From NCBI GenBank assembly GCA_003427395.1, contig BFEA01000012.1:3829559-3893558 (forward strand): a stretch of 64,000 nt of DNA, in the 5' to 3' direction. Under the pieces are notes generated by a model, which was not told the origin of the DNA, made no database searches, and worked only from the letters and a program-made list of their open reading frames with translations. Positions 1-12,855 of this stretch are shown piece by piece (positions within the stretch are counted from its first letter, which is position 1; each line of letters opens with the position of its first letter). Position numbers and translations under genes: made by a program. This DNA comes from Chara braunii. Its lineage: Eukaryota; Plantae; Charophyceae.

Positions 1-882
1 ACAAGAACTGTCAAACACCGTTTCAAAAAAATACGCAATCCCTCGACGCGTTTCGGCTTGTGCGTACCCAAGCCTCTTCAGGATGACACTCCATCCTCAT
101 CAAAAAAGAGATACCCAAGCATCTCCATCAACATAGTTCATCATGGCATCTCGCCCAACTTTTTCCCTATCCTTCCACCGTCTGTCCACTATTCCAGCCT
201 CCTCGGGCCCGTACTGTCCTCGTCTATAAAGACCAAGCGTTCCATCACCCGCCCTCATATCCTCGCTCAGCTTTGTCACAGCGTGAGAAGAGCTACAATC
301 GTCAGCAGTGCCAGGACCCGCCGTGTTGCGAAAATCGTGAGGGAAAACCACTGTCTCACCGCTACATATACATGTGCATGAACGCCTGTGTACACAAACT
401 GTGTCACAACGTGAGAAGAGCTTTGTCATGTGTACACAAACTGTGTCACCGCTACATATACATGTGCATGAACGCCTGTGTCACAACGTGAGAAGAGCTT
501 TGTCACCTGTGTACACAAACTGTGTCAGAGGCGCCCAAAAAAACAGAGATCGGAGATTTCGAAAAAGACCCTAGTAGTCCCAAAATTTGAAATACTGTCT
601 TCTGGGGGCAACGGACGCGGTGCCCAAAAAAAAAACGGTATATCCGAAAAAAGTGCCGGGGAATTTTGAAAAACGAGAAACTTCGAGATACTGAGAACCC
701 CTTTTGAAGGGCGGATTCCGTTCAGGGGCTAATGAGCTTTCCGGGTGGGGAAGGGGGGTAGGCCACAGACGCAGAGGAGAACACCCTACTCAACAAGCCA
801 TTTCTGGTGGGGGTAAACCTGTGAGATCAAAGACCTCCAGGGACCTCCCACCACCTTGGCAAACCTTGCCAAGGATCCGAAG
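1..882 (-). repeat. Pseudo-LTR copy 1 (downstream copy in element orientation)
   Basis: Near-identical to 5189-6079 apart from a rearranged segment at ~388-505. Confidence 0.9.
37..88 (-). ncRNA. Minimal type I hammerhead ribozyme motif
   Basis: Minus strand reads CTGAAGA-GGCTTG-(8 nt loop)-CAAGCC-GAAA-CGCG-TC: core, 6-bp stem II, palindromic stem III, GUC cleavage triplet. Stem I is imperfect. Confidence 0.8.
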
Positions 883-1829
883 AAGACCTCCGGGGGGTGG
901 TCCCGGAGGCGAGCCTCTTTTACAAGGCAGACAATAGATACCAAAGTTGCACCTTCGTCCGTGGACATTCTCCATAATCTGAGCATGGAGGCTGTCAATG
1001 TCATCTTCTTAACCTTCTTTGCAGAGTACGACTGGTAATCTTGCATAGTCTGATAGTGAAGCGATCCACTATGACATATGTGGGACTGGTTCTTCGTCCG
1101 GGGGAGAATATGGACTTTCATAGGACATGGTTCAATAACTAACTTTGCTCCTAAGAACTCCCATGTATTCATGTCACCGTCCTTTCTAACCAGTTTCAAG
1201 GTCGGTGGGTAGCAGTCCTCAAATCGGCGTAGGATACTCAAAGCCCGATGGTGGCTACTAATCACTGCGGTATCAAAAGAGACGAATACAGACACATCAT
1301 CTACCAACCTCACCCCGGCTATCAGTCGCCGGTCATTCCCAAGTGAATGCAAGAAATCCGATTATGCCTTGGCGCATAACAAATCTGTGAGAGCAGGAGA
1401 CAAATTCTTGCCCATAGGTATGCCAAACAACTGCCTGTACACCCGCCCTTCACAGACAGTGTAAGTGTGGTTGAGTTCATAGTGAACCATGTGCAAGAAG
1501 GTATCAAAAGGGACACTAATGTACCCATCTTCCTTTCTCAAACACTTCGACATCCTGCAAACTTTTCCACGAATGCTGACCTTAGCTGCAAAAATTCCTT
1601 TGCTACGGTAGATCTGAGTGATCCAATGTACGACTGTGATAATGCTGGCATGAGGAAGCCATGCGAACATGTCCTTTATATCGTAACTCCTTCCGAGGAC
1701 AGTATCGCTGCCTCTCTCCAACATCTTGATCCCGCGGGAGAGAGCTGGTTTCAGATCATCGGTGGATCTCAAGCTAAAATGATCAGCTCTAGATAACCCC
1801 ATCAGCATAAAGCGGAGTATCCTTCCCAT
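786..1829 (-). pseudogene. PLE reverse transcriptase, broken into fragments
   Basis: SYDIKDMF (motif A), YRQLFGIPMGKNLSPAL (motif B), RLVDDV (catalytic DD) and FLGAKL in ORFs 1362-1829 and 786-1352. Confidence 0.88.
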
Positions 1830-1985
1830 CCTCGCACTGGCTGTACGAGAAGGCTCGGACCAGGAGGGAGAGATCGGCCTCCATCGGGAGAGATCCTTGT
1901 CTTTCGGGATAACATACGCTCTCCCGAGCTTGCCACACGTGCGCCAAGTGGCGACGCCTTGTAGTCCAACAGCTCGGTAGGCATC

Positions 1986-2885
1986 TCAGGATGTTACCAA
2001 GGTAATTGCTTCGTCCTCATTAGTCTGACAGAAAGCTGAGTTCCAACGGTATGCCATCCGGTATGCGTGGACATATAGGACCGGGCAGATGATGAGAGTA
2101 GCACCCGGGTTTCGATCTAGCGGTACGAGGATGAGATCCCTTAGATGCCGCACTGCCCGTTCCACCTGTTGCACAGTCAAGGACGCAGGTGGCTTGGTTG
2201 TCATGAAACAGTCATCAAGGTCGGAACTCTTGATCATAAGTACCTTCGATCTCCAGTTCTTGGGGATCGAGTATACAATACCTTGAAGTAACTGTTCCCT
2301 TGTCAGACGTCTGCCACTCGTGATATTCCTAGAATTGTGCAAAAAAGGGGGGATTCCAGCCACCTCATTCAGTCGAACCCGTATATGACCTTGGAATCGT
2401 GGCAGCAAGAATCGAGCGCATGTGCATGTGTCCTGTCGTGATTCAAGTTTCTTTCTGAAATTATGAATAATACTACCAATTGTCCGTCCCTTCAACTTGA
2501 CTATCCGTAATCTCTCTATCACGAGTGATCGGATCGCTGTATCCTGTACGGCAAGGGTGATGATCTTTACCGCCAAATTCCTAAACTTGCCCAAATCGAT
2601 CTGGGAAGAAAACGGAATTCTAATAAATAATCGTCTCCTTACATCAATGCCAAATCTGTCCCTAATGACTCGAGACAACCTCATTCGCAGTGAGTTCCTA
2701 GTCGAGCTCCTCGCAAAGAGGCCTGCTATCCGATAAAGTGCCACCATCTTCCTACTCGAAAGCTTGTACAGATTCCTAACGTGCCATGGTTGTGCCAAGA
2801 GGTCAGCTAAAAATCTCTTGTTGCGTAGCGTTCCTGTAGGAGTCTTCTTCAATTCGACTATGCGGAAACAAGAGCCTCCTTCCAA
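1986..2885 (-). pseudogene. PLE linker and RT N-terminal region
   Basis: 299-aa basic ORF between GIY-YIG and RT, with CTC..H and LVPLDRN (equivalent to the PLE 'DK' motif). Confidence 0.65.
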
Positions 2886-2973
2886 GACAGCCTTTCAGCA
2901 CCGAAGTTTCTTTCTCTCCATCCGGATGATGATAACTGACTCGCCATAGTTTTCCCGGATCTTCTTCCACGTG

Positions 2974-3645
2974 TCAACCCAGACATTCCTGGATTCGGTA
3001 CGTAAGTCGATCTCCCATGTCGGTTGATCCATCCCTCGCAATAGATCGATCAAAGAGGCAAACTTCGCACCGCCATACTCGAAAAGAATTACTCCCCCCC
3101 ATCGCTCTTTGTCCTTGTGATACTCTACCACGTCGTCGCTTTGGTCTTCCGCCTTGAACTCGCCCGATCTTATTGAGTGCAGGTGAAAACCTGCAAATCA
3201 GCATTGCCTCCACGGTCGTCCCATCCTTCACGCCTGTTACGAGTGGCAAAACTACATAGTTATGCCATCCGTAGTGCCTTAGCCACGAATTCAATTTCGG
3301 GGCATTGCCGGATTTCCCAGTCTTGGAACATCTCACATGTTCCGCCCATCTGGTAATAATCCGCCTGACAGTACACCGTATATAGAATCTCCTGCAAAAC
3401 GGACTAATGAGGGCATAGACTCCTGCCAGATTCACGTCTACCCGTTCGGGATCGACGAAGCGTATGAGCTTTTGTACCCAAGGGATACAACCACGGATGG
3501 TGAGGAGCAAAACCAGCAGGGCCAGCTCATTCTCGTCAGCTCTTAGCAAGAGTGGATATGCGCCGCCCACGTCCCTCCATCTTCGTTTGGTCATTAGTTC
3601 ACGGAGGCGTCCCACAACGGCATGTGACGATAAATCGTCCATCAC
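2974..3645 (-). pseudogene. GIY-YIG endonuclease of the PLE, upstream of RT
   Basis: AGVYALISPFCRRFYIRCT..RW.EH..L..W..EAMLICRFSPALN matches GIY..YIG..R..H..E..N. YIG has decayed to YIR. Confidence 0.85.
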
Positions 3646-4639
3646 CGAATCCGCTCCAGTCCTTCCACTGTGGCCTTGTTAGATGGTGTCGCTCGTTCCT
3701 TTTCGAAGAAGCCTTCGTAAGCGAGCCTAGTGCGGCAGCGGACGATCTCCTCGATAGCTTGGTTCTTGACTATGTATCTTACGCCCTCACGATCGCAGAT
3801 CTTCCGGATCTCGTTTGCCTTGAGGGCAGACAAGGTCTTTGTCTGCGTGAGGGCGTAGTCCACCATTCCTTCACTCGAAGCTTCGGCGGCGCATGTCTTC
3901 GTTGGTGTTCTGAAATCGTCCTCGTTCGCGGCCTTTTGTCGCGCCTTCACTTGTTTTGCCGCGGAAATCTTCTTGTATGTGCGACTCGTAGTCGCCTGTG
4001 GTGCTGGATTCGCTCGCCTTCCCTTCTTCTTCTTCTCAAGTTCCTCTAACAGCCTGTCAGCTTCCTCTTTAACTTCCTCACTATCCTCGTCAGATTCAGC
4101 TATATAGCTTCTGAGCGTTTCTTAGGCTCGATCACTGGCTGGGGGTTCGAAGCTACGAGCATCTCCCTCTTTTGTGTCAGAATGCGCACGATAGTTGCTT
4201 CTAGACGCGCTTCACGTGCCTCCTCCTCGCGTATCTTTTCGTTCTCCTTCCTCTCGAGCTCCTCCTTCTTCCTAGTCTCCTCCTCCTCTCGTTTTTTCTT
4301 CTCCTCCTCCTCTCTCTCGCGTCGCATTATTCGTTGCAGCAGTTCTCTCACCTCACTGTTTTCTTCCTCCGGCTTCTGCTTGCTTGCCGCCTGACAACAA
4401 TTCCGGGCATAGTGCCCGTTCCTCCCACAGATGTAGCAGGTAACAACTCCGTACTGTGATACCGGAGTGTTAATAGGCGGGGAGATGTTCACACCATTCA
4501 TTGATGCCATCGGCAGGCCAGGCATGCCTCCACCTGGTGATCCACTAATGTTCTGCCCAGTCATCATCGGGTGTCCAAGGCCTCCGATGGTTTGAACGCC
4601 GGTACTGGATCCCATCACGCCCGCTATATTCGCCTGCAT
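3642..4639 (-). pseudogene. PLE N-terminus: CCHC zinc knuckle, coiled coil, SAP-like domain
   Basis: CYICGRNGHYARNC, an E/K/R-rich helix, and LSALKANEIRKICDREGV (SAP-like). Confidence 0.7.
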
Positions 4640-5188
4640 TCTAGTTACCAGACAGCAAAGTATCGAGCGCTAAGCGTAGTATAGTACACATACGATCGAA
4701 GGCAGCAAATGTACTGACGAGTAGCGGCTTAATCCTCTTCTTATAAATTAGTGAGGCGAACCTTGCATACCTACCGATCGGCTCTAGTATGAGTCTATAT
4801 AATGTCTCAAGGAGACGGCCGCTCCTCTCGAGAGATTCGATTAGGGCCCTTCTCACGGCAGAGTTCCGCCTACCGAGGGTATCAACTCGGATGATTATAC
4901 TCTCGATCATCTGACCAAGAACAGTACGCAGCCTCCTCAAACCCTGAGAGTGTTTGAAGATGAGTAAACTCATCTTCAGCATCCTCGACCTTCCGCCCAT
5001 CTCACCGTACTTCCCCCTTCCTTTCCACTCCCGTTCCAAAACTATCCAACCCCACCTTTTTTTAAGGTTCCTCCCTGCTTAGAGCAGTAGAGAACCAACG
5101 TGACCACTCTAACGGCAAAAAGCAACGTCGGTCGTCACGCCTACCCAAAAGTTAAGGGTACAATGAACAGAGAACTATTACACGGAGG

Positions 5189-6079
5189 ACAAGAACTGTC
5201 AAACACCGTTTCAAAAAAATACGCAATCCCTCGACGCGTTTCGGCTTGTGCGTACCCAAGCCTCTTCAGGATGACACTCCACCCTCATCAAAAACGAGAT
5301 ACACAAGCATCTCCATCGACATTATAGTTCATCATGGCATCTCGCCCAACTTTTTCCCTATCCTTCCACCGTTTGTCCACTATTCCAGCCTCCTCAGGCC
5401 CGTACTGTCCTCGTCTATAAAGACCAAGCGTGCCATCACCCGCCCTCATATCCTCGCTCAGCTTTGTCACAGTGTGAGAAGAGCTACAATCGTCAGCAGT
5501 GCCAGGACCCGCCGTGTTGCAAAAATCGTGAGGGAAAACCACTGTCTCACAGCTACATATACATGTGCATGAACGCCTAGCACCAGGTCATCGTACTGAT
5601 CATTGGTACTTACAAAAACTCTTGGAACAGTGCCAAAAAACGAGGTGAGCTGCAGATCACGACTAAAAAACCGGAATACTCGTGCCTAAAAAATACGATC
5701 ACCTGTGTACACAAACTGTGTCAGAGGTGCCCAAAAAAACAGAGATCGGAGATTTCGAAAAAGACCCCAGTAGTCCCAAAATTTGAAATACTGTCTTCTG
5801 GGGGCAACGGACGCGGCGCCCAAAAAAAAAAACGGTATATCCGAAAAAAGTGCCGGGGAATTTTGAAAAACGAGAAACTTCGAGATTCTGAGAACCCCTT
5901 TTGAAGGGCGGATTCCGTTCAGGGGCTAATGAGCTTTCCGGGTGGGGAAAGGGGGTAGGCCACAGACGCAGAGGAGAACACCCTACTCAACAAGCCATTT
6001 CTGGTGGGGGTAAACCTGTGAGATCAAAGACCTCTAAGGACCTCCCACCACATTGGCAAACCTTGCCAAGGATCCGAAG
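5189..6079 (-). repeat. Pseudo-LTR copy 2 (upstream copy in element orientation)
   Basis: Direct repeat of 1-882. Confidence 0.9.
5225..5276 (-). ncRNA. Hammerhead ribozyme motif, second copy
   Basis: Identical core to 37-88. Confidence 0.8.
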
Positions 6080-7046
6080 CAGAAGAAGAAGAAGAAGAAG
6101 AAGAAGAAGAAGAAGAAGAAGAAGAAAACGAAGAAGAAGAAGAAGAAGAAGAAGAAGAAGAGGAGGAGGAGGAGGAAGAGGAGGAGAAAGAAAACGAGTG
6201 GGGAAGACTAAGAAGACGAGAGGAGAGGAAGAAGACGAAAAAGAAAAAGAAAAAGAAAAAGATGAGCCGAGAAGTTCAGGTGAACGGCCTGTCTTATCTC
6301 ACGTGACCTACCGAATGAAGAAGAAGAAGAAGAAGATGGGGAAGAAGTATGGATGCCATAGGGTATGGCGGCGGTAGGGTGTGGCGGCGGCGGGGTATGG
6401 TATGGCGATGGTAGGGTATGGCGGCGGCGGTAGGGTGTGAAGAAAGGCAGGGAGGGAGTAGCGAAGGACGGGAAGAAGAAGAACAGAACAGAAAAAGACC
6501 TAGCGAATGGAGCAGAAGAAGAAGAAGAAGAAGAAGAAGAAGAAGAAGAAGAAGAAGAAGAAGAAGAAGAAGAAGAAGAAGAAGAGAGGTGAGGAGGGGA
6601 AGAAGAAGAAGATCAAGAAAGGTCGAGGACAAAGATGAAAACGCGAGGGGGAGGAGGGTAAGAAGAAGAAGACGAGAGGAGGACGAGAAGAGAAGGAGGA
6701 GGAGAAGAAGAAGATAAGCGGAGAAGGAGGGGGAGGAGGACGGCCTTTTTTTTTTCTTTTTTTTTTCACCTGTCGTGTCTCACGTGACCTACGGAATGTT
6801 GCCGAACTAGAAGATGAAGAAGGAGAAGGAGAAGGAGAAGCAGAAGCAGAAGCAGAAGCAGAAGCAGAAGCAGCAGCAGCAGCAGCAGAAGAAGAAGAAG
6901 AAGAAGAAGAAGAAGAAGAAGAAGAAGAAGAAGAAGAAGAAGAAGAAGAAGGAGGAGAAGAAGAAGACGGAGCAGGAGGAGGAGGAGGAGGAGAAGAAGA
7001 AGAAGAAGAAGAAGAAGAAGAAGAAGAAGAAGAAGAAGAAGAAGAA
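6080..7046. repeat. (AAG)n/(GAG)n/(GCAGAA)n low-complexity region
   Basis: Long trinucleotide runs seen directly. Confidence 0.95.
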
Positions 7047-9910
7047 CGGCGCCTTTGTCGTAGCAGCAGCAGCAGGACAGTTGGGGCCTTCGTTGTAGCA
7101 GCTGCAGCAGGACTCTCGATGGCAATGGCGACGGCCGACGGCACAGCAGGACGGCGCAGGAGCAACTCCGATCGTGCTGGGGGCCGAGTGGCAGACCACC
7201 CCAGCCGATCCCAGGTTTGAACGGGGGGTAGTTTGGCGCCTAGATCCACCGGCTCTGTTGTCGATCATGGTGGATCGACGGCCACAGAGCCGTCACAGAT
7301 TTTCAAAAATCCCGCAGGCCTACCGGGCCCGATGGGACGGTTTTTCGGGCCAGTCGGACCCTGTAGGCCTGCGGGAGGCCAACAGCAGCGAAAAGGGGGT
7401 CTGAGACCCCCAGACAGGTGAGTGCACTGGGGGGCCCTGGCCCCCAGCCGGGTGCCCTGCCTGGCCAGGTCGCCCGGGACCTCCCCCAGGCCCCCACCAG
7501 TCAGCCGGGCGGCCCGGATCCCCACCCAGGTAAGGACTGTCTAACAGCGCCCTTTGTCTGGTCCCCACACCTTAACGACAGGGAGCCGGAAACAAGATGC
7601 GACAGACAGAGTCCAACGTCCAACAGCCCGAGCAGATGGGCAGGCACCACGGACTTTTGCCTCGGACAATCATCACGGCGCTCCTTCCAGGGTTCATGTG
7701 AAAACTCCTGGTGACGAGATAATAGTGACGGAGAACGACATACCTCCGGATCAGCATGCAGGGCCTGCCCCACAGCTACTGGTAGTCTCGCTCGCAGCGC
7801 TACTGCATGCACAGGGGAGGAGCAAGCAAGGGCGTCAGGGGCAAGCTGTCACTTCCTTGCTTCAGCATTTGGCGCTAGTCAACCTAGCACAGCATCGCAG
7901 TAGGGACCACAAGGAGCCCCCGGCTCAACAGCTGTGAAATTGCAAGAGGTATGGGTGAGAGCCAATTCCTTGCTTAAGAAGATTAAGGATGCTGCCTTCT
8001 CCCAACACTGGGACCTCGCCCTCAATAGGCAATGGGTTGAATGGGATCATCGAACACAGAACTGCGATACGCAGGCAGATGCACGGCACAAAGCACTACC
8101 CCCTGCCCTCCAAAGAAATCCCACCTTACCCCATCCAGCCCCACTCCTGGAGCTGCAGGGACTGCTGGAGCCACAATCTCTACCGCCTCCGCTAACTCAA
8201 GGAGGTGCCCGGGACGAGGTGGTCCTACATCAGCAACGGTTGCAACCACGCATCTCACAAGATATCGTACTGAGCAGCCCTGGAGAGAAATGGGAGAAGT
8301 GTGATGAAACCATTGAGATTGTGACCTTTTGTGAGCTGCAAAATGGGGCGCCTGGGGAGCCACAGCTGGTGCAACAAGCAATGGTTGTTGTGAAGCCACT
8401 GCCCCTGCCAGGTCCAGGGCAGATGGAGAATGGGATGCAACAGCAAAAGAGCAACCGCTACCGGGAGTACAACTGCTTCCACGAAACCAGGAACTCTTAT
8501 ATCAACAGCAACAAGAGGGCCAGGAGTGGTTTGTGCGCCCCCCAGACTATCCGCCTGGTGTGGGTGCAGAGAAGGACAGACCGCAGCAAGCTGGACCACA
8601 ACCCGTGGACTCCGACTAGCATCCGCTGCAACAGGTCTCGCAACAACTAGTCGAAGGCCGACCATAACAGCCCATGTGCAGAGCGGGCAACCACAACCAC
8701 AGCTGCAGCCCTGACACTCACAACAGCGTCAAAACCTGCTGCAATACCAGCAAGCACAGCATGTTCAGCGTCATCAGACGCAATACAGATGGTGCTGCGG
8801 CAAGAGCAACTCAACTGCAAACACCCCCCCAACTCGCCGAGCTGCAACAACAGCAGCAGAGACAGCAGGCACAGGAGCAGCCACAACAGGGGCCTCAATA
8901 GAACCCAGCTCAAGATCCACAAATGCAACATGTTCAGCACCCACATCGGGACTAATCACACCTACTGTCAAAGCCACACCATGAGCAGACGCAGCAACAC
9001 CTGCTGCAATGCCTGCGAATGCAGAAGGGACATCAACATCAGACACAACCCCCAGAGGTCGCTGCAGCAAGAACAAGAGCCTCCACTGCAAACACACCTG
9101 CTGCTTGTGGGATCGCCACAACAACCGCAACCGATTCTCCAGCGTCACCCAGACCAAAAGACAGGGACGCAGCAGCAGCAACATGGCCAGCAACTGCAAC
9201 CGCAGCAAGGCCAGGTGATGCGCCAGCCGCGAAACCAGCAGAAAAATCAACAACAGCTTCACCTGTAATATCAACAGCAGCAGCCACCCTTGCAATATCA
9301 ACAGGCTGCAGGAGCAACAACAGTCACAGGAACAGCTGCAGCTGGAGCTACAGCAACACCAGCAACGTCTTCACCTGCAATAGCGACAGCAGCAGGATGC
9401 CCTGCAAAGCCAGCACAGAATGCAGCTTCTGCACCAACAACAGGAACACCGACAAAGCATGCAACTCCAAACGCTGTAACAAGCGCAATGGCACGCCCAG
9501 CAACAACAGCAGCAGCACCAAGACAAGCAGCAAAGGGAGTACGAAGAGCAGTTCAGGTGTCTGCTACAACCTCAGATGGCCCAATACCGGCATCTGCAGC
9601 AGCAGCAGCAGCGACCGATACAGCAAGAGCAGATCCCTCAGCAAAAGCAGCAGCAGATAAGCCTGCACCAGCAACAACAACAGGAACAGAAGCTGCAGAT
9701 TCAATGGCAACAACAGCTCTTCTGCCAACTGCAGCAGGTCCTACTGTTGGCAGCTACACGCTTTGGCAACAAGAAATGAAAATCTAGAAGCTTCTCCACC
9801 AACAATCCCCACACCTGGCGCTGCCTCAGTCTGTGCATCTAAATCTTCCCGGAGATCGGCAGCAGCCTCAGGATATGGACACCTCAGCTCCCACCGAAAC
9901 CTATCTGGCG

Positions 9911-10180
9911 ACGGACAACCCCACACACCAGCATGAGGGGACACAACAACAACTCCCGCCTGCCGAAGAAGAGGTGCCTGGCACTGCCTGCAGGCCAAGG
10001 CTTACCAAAAGGGAGACCCCCCCCCCCCCCCCCCCAACGCTCTCTAAGAACACGGACAACCCCACACACCAGCATGAGGGGACACAGCAACAACTCCCGC
10101 CTGCCGAAGTAGAGGTGCCTTCAGGCCAAGCCTTACCAAAAGGGACAGCCCCCTTCCCCCCACCGTTCTCTAAGAACATG
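9911..10180 (+). repeat. ~141-bp tandem duplication within the LINE ORF1-like region
   Basis: ACGGACAACCCCACACACCAGCATGAGGG...CTCCCGCCTGCCGAAG occurs at 9911 and 10052. Confidence 0.85.
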
Positions 10181-12009
10181 GAAGTAAAGCAAAAAATATT
10201 CTCACTTACAGATGACAGACCCAGAGACTGAGGACCAAGTACTAGGAAGATGGTTTTGATATACAGCCCCCATGTGCTGGCCACGGTCGAAAAATATGAT
10301 GACGTCTCCACAATTGACTGGATGGGTGTGGGGTGGGCAGAGTATTAGCGGTCAACGAATTCTTGGACAACCTTAATCGGTATGCCAGCACCTGTTTCAA
10401 CACACAAGGTGCAGCCATGTGTAACCACAATACTGACCCCCAGGAAGAGGTATTCTTCAACAAGGGGCTGGCATCAACTATGCAATACCTTGCATAGCCT
10501 ACCAGCCAAAGACACCCTGTCGCATGGAGGAGCTGAGCAATTGCCTGCCCTGGACCATCCAACCCGCGCCAACCTCCCACACCCGCAGGATGAGCCAGAA
10601 CAGGGGGTGGAGCAACATGCCTGCACCATTATAGTGGCCACCCCCTGCCCTCCCCAAAATCAAGGCCAACAAATTGATCTTGCACACATGGACGACGACC
10701 AGCCAAACCAAGACTCAGATGACGAAGCTCTCACTCTCGTCTGCCCAAAAAAATTGAAAGAACTGGTTCCAAGAAGATGATAGCATCCCTTCCCGCTGAG
10801 AAGAGCAGTGGAGGGGGAAGAATGGCTGCTGGGACTCAGGTCGCCCTATGATCTCACTCAAGTCTCTGCACAGACGAAAGCCAATGCCACCCAATCAGGA
10901 CTGGCCGTGGAAGGATGAGGGGCAATCATTCCACGGCAGTGATCCTCAAACGTCTCAAGTACTGGGCCCGTGGGACTAATGTGAGGGCATTCAACGAGCA
11001 GTTCTACCCAATTCGTTCTTGTTCCCTAAGGGAGTCATCGCTGTCATAGTACTCATAGACTCTCAGGACAACAGGCATCAACTTCCGATGGTTTACTCAC
11101 CGGGAACTCATGGACCTCCCGATCGCCCACTTTCGGACAAACGTCGCCTGGACTCTGTGCAGGGTTTTGTTTTTCATCCAGATATTCCATGGAGGCCAAT
11201 GTCCTGAATGAGCACCACCAGTGGGAAGAACTGCCTTTTTTTTCCTCCCCATTAAAACCATTGGCTGAAACTCAATCGGTGACTGATGCTACAGGATCTC
11301 CACATGAGCCCGCTTGCCCAAATGTATGACCCCCACACACAACAGATCAACAACAGCTCAGCATTTGGACTGTCGTCTGGCCTGTCATAGCCACAGTCTT
11401 TGGCCAGCGACTCTATCCCCCCGCTTCCCCCGCCTGCCCTCCATCAACCCCCGCCCTTGGTGGTCCATCCACAATCTGCCCAACCGCCTCAACGTCTGCC
11501 TTCCCCTCTTGATTTCCCCCAGTCAGGGGACAGCCCCAGTGGGCAAAAAAGATGGCCTTGGCAGATCTCGACATCAGATCCTTAAACATCAATGGGCTCA
11601 TCAAGGCAATGACAACGAAAAACAATGCCATTTGGCACATGATTAACTGCCCAATCACGGACAGGTGGCCGGATGCAATCTGCATAGAGGAGACATATCT
11701 GCAGAACAACCCCATGCATGCAGCTAAGGCAAGAGCAGTCTGGCCATACTTGCGTTACACCACACCCTCTGACACTCAACCTCACGCCCTGCACAAAACT
11801 CCCGTCGGAGTGACTTAAAGAGCAGGAAGGGACTTGGAAAGCGGTAAAATGGGGTGTGCCTAGGATTTTTGGAAAATTGAGTGTGGAGACAGATAGAACT
11901 GAAATCTCCCGTGTGGTCCTACATATGGAGTGATGAACAACAGAGGGAAAGGCAGAAAGGGTCCCTTCTCAACGACTATCTAATCCAAAAAGTATCTTTG
12001 AACTTCGTC

Positions 12010-12478
12010 GCGTGCAGTATGAAAGCTTTTCCTGGCCGAAAAGGAGGGGGAACGCATGTTGGATCTCGGTTTGGAACAAGGGACCGATGTCATTCTTCCC
12101 AGAGTTCAGAATCCGAGCCGAAGGGTCGCAGTCTCACTGCTTTCTCCTTGAACTCCTCTTCGCCACATATCCCATCGTTGAACTCTTGGGCTTGGAAGCA
12201 CTTCGTGCGGCGACAATCAGTGCACAGCGTGCGGGGCCACGAAGGAGCAATTATCGGTCATGGGATGACAATCAACTCATTGAAAAGAAGCAAAACAGAA
12301 TAGGGAGGGAAATGAGTATCATCAATCACACCCGAATTGGCAAATCTAGAGCATCGTATTTCGGATGGAAAATGGTAAGCGCCACCACAAGTGTCCTATC
12401 CTCATTGTAGGGGAAAGGTCGTGGAAGGGGACGTAGAAGAAGTCGGCGCCCCGATGGCTCCTCTGGCTCAGTCCACAT
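12010..12478 (-). pseudogene. Decayed LTR-encoded ORF (family A copy)
   Basis: MWT...RPFPYNEDRT, frameshift, GGAYHFP..RCS..DTHFPPYSVLLLFNELIVIP*..APSWPRTLCTDCRR...RLRP..SDSEL. Confidence 0.75.
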
Positions 12479-12786
12479 GGCCAATACACGTGCATCCAAC
12501 GTTCACAAGGCAAAGCGATCAATCCACATTAGGTTCAGGAGTCGCCTTAGCTTAGGAAATCAAGCAATACGACGTGACTTTTCCGCCTGATGTTTCTGCA
12601 TGAAGAGAGATTACCCAGGAAACTAATGGATGAGTTCAGGAATAAGTTTTAGATTGGGCAATCACGCGTTCTTAAACAGAACGACATAAACGAAGACAAG
12701 TTCCGAGTGACGACAACAAAAATACATGGATCACCATTCCTTTGTTAGGTGCCACAAACAACAAAGATCTTCACGAGTTGAGCAAC

Positions 12787-12855
12787 TTTTTTTTTTTTTT
12801 TTTTTTTTTTTTATCAGAACAGATACTACACTTGATCTTAGCCAAAAGGCCGAGA
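12787..12855 (-). pseudogene. U2: U2 snRNA 5' fragment retrocopy with poly(A) and TSD
   Basis: Minus strand TCTCGGCCTTTTGGCTAAGATCAAGTGTAGTATCTGTTCTGAT followed by A26. Flanked by ACGAGTTGAGCAAC at 12773-12786 and 12856-12869. Confidence 0.92.

Larger units (their letters stand above)
1..6079 (-). mobile_element. Penelope-like retroelement (N-terminal GIY-YIG, Naiad/Chlamys-type layout), partial tandem, degenerate; runs off the window start
   Basis: Direct repeats 1-882 and 5189-6079 contain the 3' end of the RT ORF and a hammerhead motif. Between them are minus-strand ORF fragments with CCHC, SAP-like, GIY-YIG and PLE-type RT motifs. Confidence 0.88.

Noticed and set aside
6080-7268. Long poly-R/L/S/F/K ORFs
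   Set aside because: Translation artefacts of (AAG)n repeats.
8647-9787. Overlapping Q/A/T-rich ORFs as a host gene
   Set aside because: CAG/CAA-rich low-complexity sequence upstream of LINE ORF2; best read as decayed ORF1.
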